Positions 57,251 to 64,000 of a stretch of 64,000 bases of DNA are shown here, in pieces. Origin of the DNA: an uncultured Desulfospira sp. (GTDB lineage: Bacteria > Desulfobacterota > Desulfobacteria > Desulfobacterales > Desulfobacteraceae). Location: NCBI GenBank assembly GCA_963663165.1, contig OY760175.1, positions 5,856,001 through 5,920,000 on the forward strand. The letters run 5' to 3'. The first letter of the stretch is position 1. Each line of letters starts with the position of its first letter. Position numbers and translations under genes: made by a program. The notes below the pieces were generated by a model that was not told the origin of the DNA, searched no databases, and saw nothing but the letters and a program-made list of their open reading frames with translations.

Positions 57251-57814
57251 TCATGCAGGATCAGGGGTTCGGGCATGCTGCCGGATATACTCGTAAAGCA
57301 GGATGGAGGCGGCCACGCTGACGTTCAGGCTCTGGGACTTGCCGAACTGGGGGATGCTCAGCCGCTGAATTTCAGGGAACAGGTCCGGTTCAAAGCTGAT
57401 GCCGAATTCTTCATGACCGAAGATGAAGGCGCTTTTGGCGGGGAAACTGGTTCCGGTAAGGGGCGTCCCGGCCCCGGGCTCCAGGGTGAACAGGGTGTAT
57501 CCCCTGGCCACAAGATCGGTGTAGCAGTGGTAAAATTCCCTGTAAAATCTTGCCGGGACCCATTTAAATGCTCCCATGCCCGGTGCCGGGTCAAAAAATT
57601 CAATGCCCACCAGATGGATTTCTCTTGCCCCGAAGGCTTCGGCGCTCCGGAAGATTTTGCCGATATTGTAGGTGGGTTTGAGATGGTCCAGGACAATAAT
57701 GCAGTCGTGGATGCCGGGATCGGCCAGCATGTTTTTGTTTTTTTGCCGTCGGAACCTTCGTCTGGCCATTTCCCGCTCGAATTTTAACTGCTGCCTGATT
57801 TTATGGGGCCCCAT
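57251..57814 (-). CDS. TrmH/SpoU-family RNA methyltransferase
   Basis: NIGKIFRSAEAFG, IFGHEEFGI, IPQFGKSQSLNVSVA. Confidence 0.92.
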   Translation of the reverse strand: MGPHKIRQQLKFEREMARRRFRRQKNKNMLADPGIHDCIIVLDHLKPTYNIGKIFRSAEAFGAREIHLVGIEFFDPAPGMGAFKWVPARFYREFYHCYTDLVARGYTLFTLEPGAGTPLTGTSFPAKSAFIFGHEEFGISFEPDLFPEIQRLSIPQFGKSQSLNVSVAASILLYEYIRQHARTPDPA

Positions 57815-57843
57815 GGATGGTCCTTCTTGCGTCTATCCGGAAA

Positions 57844-60228
57844 TCAGCGTGCGGGGGCTGAAAGCTCGTGAAATTTTTTTAACTTGGCCTGGGCCGCGCC
57901 AAATACCGATCCCTTTGGGAAATTGAGATGTTCATCCGGGGTGCCGGCCTCAACCCCGGTCAGCACCTCAATGCCCTGCTCAATGGTGGATACCCGGTAA
58001 ATATGGAACATGCCCGTCTCCACCGCCTGGATGACGTCTTTTCTTAAGACCAGGTTTTTCACATTGGCCATGGGGATCATCACGCCCTGGTCCCCGGTCA
58101 GCCCCTTTTTGGCGCAGACATCGAAAAAGCCTTCTATCTTTTCATTGACACCGCCAATGGCCTGGATCTGACCTTTCTGGTTCACGGACCCGGTCACGGC
58201 AATGGACTGGCGGATGGGCAGCCCCGACAGGCTGGACAAGACGGCATACAATTCAGTGGAAGAGGCGCTGTCCCCGTCAATGCCGCTGTAGCTTTGCTCA
58301 AAGGTGACGCTGACGGATACGCTTAACGGGTAGTTCTGGGCAAAGACCCGGCCCAAATATCCGGCAATGATCATTACGCCTTTGTCGTGTGTCTGGCCTG
58401 AAAGCTGGGCCTCATGCTCCACGTTAATGATCCCGGGCTTGCCCATGTACGCTTCGGCCGTGATCCGGGCCGGCCGGCCGAAATTGATTTCCCCGATCCG
58501 GTATACGGCCAGGGCATTGACCTGTCCGACCACCGATCCTTTGACGTCTAAGAGAATGGAGTGGTCATCGTACCGCTCCTGCATTTTTTCTTCGTAAAGG
58601 TTGTGGCGAAACCGGTATTCGCGCAAGGCCCGGGTCACATGGGCGTCATCCACCAGCAGGGCATTTTCCTTGTGCGCCCAGTAGTCGGCCTCTTTGAGCA
58701 GGTCCAGAACCCGGCCGAACCGCAGGGACAGTTTGGCCTTGTCTTCGGCCATGCGGGCCCCGTGTTCCACCACGGCCCAGACACCGTCAGAGGAAAAAGG
58801 CAGCAGGTTATGGGATTTACAGACCCCGGCCATAAACCGGGCATATTCTTTGAGGGTTTCCGGGGTCAGGCCGGTTTCCTGGTCAAAATCCACCCGGACC
58901 TTGAAAATTTTATTGAACTTGGGGTCTGCGTCCTGAAGGGCGTGGAAGATGTGGTAATTGCCCAATAGAATAACTTTGACTTCGATGGGAATAGGTTCGG
59001 GTTTCAGGGATGCCATGAAGAAACCGGCCTGGTCCGGCGGGTCCTGGATGTAGAGTTTTCTGTTTTGAAGGGTGCTTTTCAGGGTTTCCCACACGGCCGG
59101 ATTTCTTAAAAGGGATTCCACCTCAAGGATCAGGTAGCCGTTGTCTGCCTCTAAAATGGCGCCGGCCTGGACCATGGTGAAATTGGTCACCTCTCCGTCC
59201 CGGACCGGCCGTTTTTCGATTTTGCCGAACAAATTCTGGAATACGGGATTGGGTTCGAAAATGACCGGGGCGCCTTTTTTCCCCCGCCGGTCCACCAGCA
59301 CATTGACCCGGTACCGGGTTTCCAGAAAAGCGGTACCGGCCGGCGCCTTTGGGTCTTTTCCCTTTTCCTGCAGAACCGCATTCAACAGCGGGGAAATATT
59401 TTCCATCATGTCTTTTTTGACCCGATCCAGAAACTTACGGACCTGGGGCAGATTTTGAAAGGTGGCAAAGGCCATGTCCATTTCTTCTGAAAACAGATCC
59501 GTGGCCATGGAGGAGGCTAAATTTCCTAATTTTTCCTGCATCCTCAGGGCCTGGGAATGGATTTCCTTGAGGGTGTCGTTCAGCAGCCGGTCCACCTGGA
59601 TCAGGTTGGCTTCAAGTTCGGCTTTGCGTTTGGGATCATATCCCTGGAACTGCTCCTGGGTCACCGGCTGCCCGTCATGCAACGGAACCGGCTGATATCC
59701 CTGTTCGGTTTTGACAATGCCGATATCCAGTTTTGATGAAGCCTCCTGCAACTGGGACATCAGGTTCTGGTTTTCCTTTGAGAATTCGGCTTTTACGGCT
59801 TCCTGCTTTTCCCGGAAAGATTCATCATAAAAGGCCTTGGGCAGCTTGACCTTGATGGTTTCAATGAACTGGGCCATGCGCCGTGAAAAAAACACGGCAG
59901 ATCCTGTGGGCATTTTCAAGGCCCGCGGGCTGTATTCATCGTCAAAGTTATTCACCAGGCACAGGTCTTCGGGGGTATCCCGGTGCTGGGCAGCGACCGA
60001 CAGGATATCCCGGATAATGGTGGACTTGCCGGTTCCCTCCTCGCCGGTAATGAAGATGTGGTACCCCGGATCTTTCATGTTCAGGCCGAAATCAATGGCC
60101 TCAACCCCGCGGCGCTGGCCGATGATGGTGTCCAGGGGGCTCAGATCAGCCGTTGTGCCGAAGGTAAAGACATGGTCCGGCCGGTTCATGGTTAAATCCA
60201 CTGTCGGAACACGGTAGTCGTCAATCAT
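57844..60228 (-). CDS. Lon-family (S16) ATP-dependent protease, LonB/LonC-like without TM insert
   Basis: GEEGTGKST (Walker A), coiled-coil insert, GQVNAL, IDGDSAS (Ser), GGVNEKIEG (Lys); start MIDDY with AAGGA RBS. Confidence 0.9.
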   Translation of the reverse strand: MIDDYRVPTVDLTMNRPDHVFTFGTTADLSPLDTIIGQRRGVEAIDFGLNMKDPGYHIFITGEEGTGKSTIIRDILSVAAQHRDTPEDLCLVNNFDDEYSPRALKMPTGSAVFFSRRMAQFIETIKVKLPKAFYDESFREKQEAVKAEFSKENQNLMSQLQEASSKLDIGIVKTEQGYQPVPLHDGQPVTQEQFQGYDPKRKAELEANLIQVDRLLNDTLKEIHSQALRMQEKLGNLASSMATDLFSEEMDMAFATFQNLPQVRKFLDRVKKDMMENISPLLNAVLQEKGKDPKAPAGTAFLETRYRVNVLVDRRGKKGAPVIFEPNPVFQNLFGKIEKRPVRDGEVTNFTMVQAGAILEADNGYLILEVESLLRNPAVWETLKSTLQNRKLYIQDPPDQAGFFMASLKPEPIPIEVKVILLGNYHIFHALQDADPKFNKIFKVRVDFDQETGLTPETLKEYARFMAGVCKSHNLLPFSSDGVWAVVEHGARMAEDKAKLSLRFGRVLDLLKEADYWAHKENALLVDDAHVTRALREYRFRHNLYEEKMQERYDDHSILLDVKGSVVGQVNALAVYRIGEINFGRPARITAEAYMGKPGIINVEHEAQLSGQTHDKGVMIIAGYLGRVFAQNYPLSVSVSVTFEQSYSGIDGDSASSTELYAVLSSLSGLPIRQSIAVTGSVNQKGQIQAIGGVNEKIEGFFDVCAKKGLTGDQGVMIPMANVKNLVLRKDVIQAVETGMFHIYRVSTIEQGIEVLTGVEAGTPDEHLNFPKGSVFGAAQAKLKKFHELSAPAR

Positions 60229-60262
60229 GGCATTTTCCTTTTTTAGGGTTTTCAGCCAGACC

Positions 60263-60424
60263 TTATTTGTTTTTGGCAATTACCCAGACCGCATGGACAA
60301 TCCCCGGGATGTACCCCAGGATGGTGAGCAGAATGTTCAGCCAGAAATGTTTTCCGATGCCCACCTGAAGAAAGACCCCTACCGGTGGAAGAATGATGGC
60401 CGCTATGATTTTTAAAAGTTCCAT
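60263..60424 (-). CDS. yqaE: YqaE/Pmp3-family small membrane proteolipid (53 aa, absent from ORF track)
   Basis: Translated by hand: MELLKIIAAIILPPVGVFLQVGIGKHFWLNILLTILGYIPGIVHAVWVIAKNK; AAGGA RBS. Confidence 0.92.
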   Translation of the reverse strand: MELLKIIAAIILPPVGVFLQVGIGKHFWLNILLTILGYIPGIVHAVWVIAKNK

Positions 60425-60578
60425 GGTATATCCTTATAATTTTTTGGGCACTTTACCATAGGTTCGATATCAAAAAAAATGAAAATCCCATATTTTTTTG
60501 TAACCGTTCCTGCCGGTTTCGGACATTTAGGAAAGATTTTATCCTGTTTATCTGATCAGGATATCAAAAGGAGTGCGA

Positions 60579-61775
60579 ATGGTTTCATTACTGACGACCC
60601 CTGAAACAGAAATTCAAAACCGGCTTGGCAGGGCCGCAGAATGGATGGCCAGGACCGGCCTGGACGGCATGTTCCTGACCCATAAGCCGGATATTTTTTA
60701 TTTTTCCGGAACCGCCCAGGACGCTTATCTGGCCATTTTTCAGGACCATGATCCCATTCTTTTCGTCAAACAGTACCTGCCAAGGGCCCTGGCCGAAACA
60801 TCCATAAGCCATGTCCAAAAGATTGATTCCATAAAAGAGATCCCCGCCGTTATCCGGGAAAAGAACGGCTCGCTTCCGTCAGCCTTGGGCCTTGCCTTTG
60901 ATGTGGTTCCCCACCGGGAGGCCTTGTTTTATGGCACCCTGTTTAAAGACAGCAGGTTAATGGATGGGACCCCGGTGATCAATGCCTGCCGGCAGGTCAA
61001 ATCTGACTGGGAAATCCGGCAGCTGGAACGGTCAGCGGCCCTGTCAAAGAAAACCTTTGATTTTATATCTCAGACCATTGAACCGGGGATCAGTGAGATG
61101 GAATTTTGCGGCAGGTATGAAACCTTTTCCCGGCGGCATGGAAACGCCGGAAAGCTGCTCACCCGCCATTACCGGGCCGAAGGGTTTCACTTTCATCTGT
61201 TAAGCGGGAAAAGCGGCGGAATGGCCGGTGCCCTGGATTCGCCGGTATGCGGGACCGGAATGTCCTGTGCCTACCCGTACGGGGCCGGCCCCAAGCTTCT
61301 GGAAAAAGACGAGCCCATTTTAATTGACTTTGGCACAGCCCTTGACGGCTACCATGTGGATGAAACCCGGATGTTCTGCATGGGAAAAATGGAGCAGACC
61401 GCCATGGATGCCTGTCTGGCATCCATTGAGATCCTTTACGGTCTGGTGGACATGATGGGGCCGGGGGTGCCCATGGGGGAGGTGTTTGACGCCTGTGTAA
61501 GGCATGCCGGCAAACTGGGGTACCAGGAACAGTTTCTGGGCCTTCCAGGGATTAAAGCCAGGTTCATCGGCCACGGCACCGGTATTGAGCTGGTGGAATC
61601 CCCTGTGGTGTCACAGGGTAAAAAGGATGTGCTTTTGCCGGGGATGGTCCTGGCCATGGAGCCCAAGATGATTTTTAAAGACCGGTTTGCCGCCGGGGTT
61701 GAAAGCATGGTCCGCATCCGGGAACATAAGGCTGAGTTTTTAACCGTTACAGAACACAAGGTTTTCTTATGTTAG
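60579..61775 (+). CDS. M24-family (Xaa-Pro) metallopeptidase
   Basis: LIDFG, GYHVDETR, IGHGTG, AMEPK, GVES metal ligands; AAGGAG RBS before ATG 60579. Confidence 0.9.
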   Translation: MVSLLTTPETEIQNRLGRAAEWMARTGLDGMFLTHKPDIFYFSGTAQDAYLAIFQDHDPILFVKQYLPRALAETSISHVQKIDSIKEIPAVIREKNGSLPSALGLAFDVVPHREALFYGTLFKDSRLMDGTPVINACRQVKSDWEIRQLERSAALSKKTFDFISQTIEPGISEMEFCGRYETFSRRHGNAGKLLTRHYRAEGFHFHLLSGKSGGMAGALDSPVCGTGMSCAYPYGAGPKLLEKDEPILIDFGTALDGYHVDETRMFCMGKMEQTAMDACLASIEILYGLVDMMGPGVPMGEVFDACVRHAGKLGYQEQFLGLPGIKARFIGHGTGIELVESPVVSQGKKDVLLPGMVLAMEPKMIFKDRFAAGVESMVRIREHKAEFLTVTEHKVFLC

Positions 61776-62003
61776 TCTAAGGCTTTATAGTTATGTTTTA
61801 CAATCAGTGCTTTTCAGGCCGTTGAAATTTGCTTTTTTTTATGCCAGAATATGATCAGCGATTTCGTCGCTCATTGAAAATTAAGGGGATGGTTGGGTTT
61901 TTCTGCAATCTTGCCAACCCGGCGAAGATTTATTCTTTTCTGACGCCTTTGGGGTTGGGTAACCCGGGAAACTCAACATCAAAACTGGAAAGGAAGGTTG
62001 ATC

Positions 62004-63143
62004 ATGAAAGGAGAAAAAGCACAGGAGATTGTAAATCGTATTTTAACCCCCGTGGATATTCGGGTCAACGGGAACAGGCCCTGGGATATTCAGATCCACA
62101 ACCCCCGATTTTATCAGCGGGTGCTGTCCGGCGGATCCCTGGCTTTAGGGGAAAGTTATATGGACGGGTGGTGGGACTGTAAAAGACTGGACGAGTTTTT
62201 TGACCGGCTTTTGGCGTACCGGGTGGATCAAAAAGTCAGGTCCTATAAACCGGCGGTCCTCTGGGGAATTTTTAAAGCCCGCGTGATGAATGTCCAGAGC
62301 CGGACCCGGGCGTTTATTATCGGGAAACGGCATTATGATATGGGAAATTCCCTGTTTCAAGCCATGCTGGACAAGGAGATGAACTATTCATGTGCCTACT
62401 GGCACAAAGCAGAAAACCTTGATAAGGCACAGGCCGGTAAACTGGACATGGTCTGCCGGAAAATAGGGCTTCAACCCGGAATGACGGTTCTGGATATTGG
62501 CTGCGGCTGGGGTGGCTTTGCAAAGTATGCTGCCCGGAAATACAAAGCAAACGTCAAGGGGATTACGGTCTCAAAGGAACAGGCCGCTTACGCCAGGCAG
62601 CAGTGCAAGGGTCTTGACGTCCGGATAGAGCTGGCAGATTACCGCAACTTAAAGGAAAAATTTGACCGGGTCATTTCCATTGGCATGTTTGAGCATGTGG
62701 GATGGAAAAATTACAGAACCTTTATGGAAGTGGTCTGCCGGAACCTGAAAGATGACGGGATTTTCCTGCTTCACACCATTGCCAGAAATACGGGTGCCAA
62801 GAGCACGGATCCCTGGATCAATGCATATATTTTCCCCAATTCCATGCTGCCTTCGGCAAGGCAGATCTGCCAGGCGGCAGAAGGCTTGTTTGTCCTTGAG
62901 GACTGGCACAGCATGGGGCGGTTTTATGACCGAACCCTGATGGCATGGCATAAAAATTTTACCCGGAACTGGAACCTGCTCAAAGACCGCTATGACACCC
63001 GGTTTTTCAGGATGTGGTCTTATTATCTGCTGTCTTGTGCCGCCAGTTTCAGGGCCAGAAGGAACCAGTTGTGGCAGATTGTTTTTTCAAAAAAAGGAAT
63101 TGATCAGGTATATCGCAGTGAAGGGGCGTTGTTTATTGAATAG
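62004..63143 (+). CDS. cfa: Cyclopropane fatty acyl phospholipid synthase
   Basis: LALGESYMDGWW, HYDMGN, YSCAYW, VLDIGCGWGG, SIGMFEHVG, YIFP, RMWSYYL. Confidence 0.95.
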   Translation: MKGEKAQEIVNRILTPVDIRVNGNRPWDIQIHNPRFYQRVLSGGSLALGESYMDGWWDCKRLDEFFDRLLAYRVDQKVRSYKPAVLWGIFKARVMNVQSRTRAFIIGKRHYDMGNSLFQAMLDKEMNYSCAYWHKAENLDKAQAGKLDMVCRKIGLQPGMTVLDIGCGWGGFAKYAARKYKANVKGITVSKEQAAYARQQCKGLDVRIELADYRNLKEKFDRVISIGMFEHVGWKNYRTFMEVVCRNLKDDGIFLLHTIARNTGAKSTDPWINAYIFPNSMLPSARQICQAAEGLFVLEDWHSMGRFYDRTLMAWHKNFTRNWNLLKDRYDTRFFRMWSYYLLSCAASFRARRNQLWQIVFSKKGIDQVYRSEGALFIE

Positions 63144-63229
63144 TTTCGGGATATGGGACTTGGGATATGAGTTCTGGGGTGCGGGAAAATAAGTGCTTTC
63201 CCCAGGTCCCAAGTCCCAAGCCCCTTCAT

Positions 63230-63436
63230 TTATGATGAAAAGTCGATTTCACACTGTTTATTGAGTCTGGCTCTGATGACGATCACCGCCAGAACGGCAA
63301 CCGGTACGGCCAGGGCAAATCCGATGATGGGCAGCAGGGTGAAGCCAAAAACCACCAGTCCGGCCGCCGCTATAAGCAGCAGAAAACCTAAGATAAACTT
63401 TGAACCTTTTTCTCGTATGCAGTTAGTTGTTGTCAT
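63230..63436 (-). CDS. Small hypothetical membrane protein
   Basis: AGGAGG RBS; two hydrophobic helices. Confidence 0.7.
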   Translation of the reverse strand: MTTTNCIREKGSKFILGFLLLIAAAGLVVFGFTLLPIIGFALAVPVAVLAVIVIRARLNKQCEIDFSS

Positions 63437-63565
63437 GGCGTCCTCCTTTTTTGGGGGTTGGTTCCGGACGGCTTATATCCGTCTGTTTTCTTAAAAGGAA
63501 ATATAAGTCATGACTAAAAAAGTTCAAGCCCTAAATTTTATTTTTTTTAGAATCTGGTCAAGCCC

Positions 63566-63865
63566 CTATCTTAACTTTTCCTCAACACTTCTGATTTTAT
63601 CATCCATGGTCTGGTCCCGGTCAGTCCGGGTCCCGAGCCTGATGGTGGTGTTGATCCTCGGGGCGCCCATGGCATGAATGGTTTCATGGCATTCTTTGAC
63701 CACCTGAAATACCGTGTCGTAATCGCCCTCAATATTGGTACCATAGGCATGAAGCCGGCTGGTAAGGCCGGCTTTACTGATGATGTCGTGGCAGGCGGCC
63801 ACATATTTGGAAACCGACAGGCCAACGCCCATGGGAACCACGCACAGATCTATAATGACGTTCAT
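63566..63865 (-). CDS. MTH1187/YkoF-like thiamine-binding family protein
   Basis: VVPMG..SVSKYV...HAYGTNIEG...GAPRI...TRTDR. Confidence 0.88.
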   Translation of the reverse strand: MNVIIDLCVVPMGVGLSVSKYVAACHDIISKAGLTSRLHAYGTNIEGDYDTVFQVVKECHETIHAMGAPRINTTIRLGTRTDRDQTMDDKIRSVEEKLR

Positions 63866-63935
63866 TGCTTGCTCCTTGTTGTGTTAGGCTGAAGGGATTT
63901 AGGCTGAAGGCTTACTCCCTTCAGCCTGATAACCT

Positions 63936-63998
63936 TCAGCCTAAACTCCTTTCTTTCAGCAACTCCCCGGCATGGGCCAGGGTGGCCGGTGTGATGTC
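63936..63998 (-). CDS. recN: Probable C-terminal end of DNA repair protein RecN (gene starts beyond the window)
   Basis: Minus strand reads DITPATLAHAGELLKERSLG*, resembling the RecN ITxxTxxHAxELL tail; only 20 residues are visible. Confidence 0.55.
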   Translation of the reverse strand, partial: DITPATLAHAGELLKERSLG

Positions 63999-64000
63999 TG

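Overview
64-kb chromosomal window with about 45 CDS. The gene content and intergenic repeat style suggest a sulfate-reducing Desulfobacterota (Desulfobacteraceae-like); this is inference. No rRNA, tRNA, CRISPR array, transposase or prophage was seen. Ordinary genes include partial sbcC and recN, nadE, cfa, an RND efflux operon with a two-component system, a TRAP transporter, several proteases and a cytochrome c/heme-MCP pair. Three things stand out. (1) A tightly coupled minus-strand operon (32028->27030) sits under a Pho-box-like promoter. It encodes an 805-aa protein with GS/GCS-type ligase motifs, a Psd-like decarboxylase, a divergent Lgt-like transferase and a small membrane protein. It is a candidate phosphate-starvation pathway for a phosphorus-free membrane lipid. 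(2) A dispersed surface-sorting system consists of an exosortase and four PEP-CTERM-type substrates. Three substrates share a triplicated 18-bp upstream box placed before sigma54-like promoters, and a solo LuxR with a lux-box-like palindrome lies beside the largest one. (3) A 739-aa helical-repeat orphan protein follows two tandem sigma28-like promoters. Several families of small intergenic repeats and a 53-aa YqaE/Pmp3 gene missing from the ORF track were also found. All assignments come from motif recognition by eye; no database searches were run.
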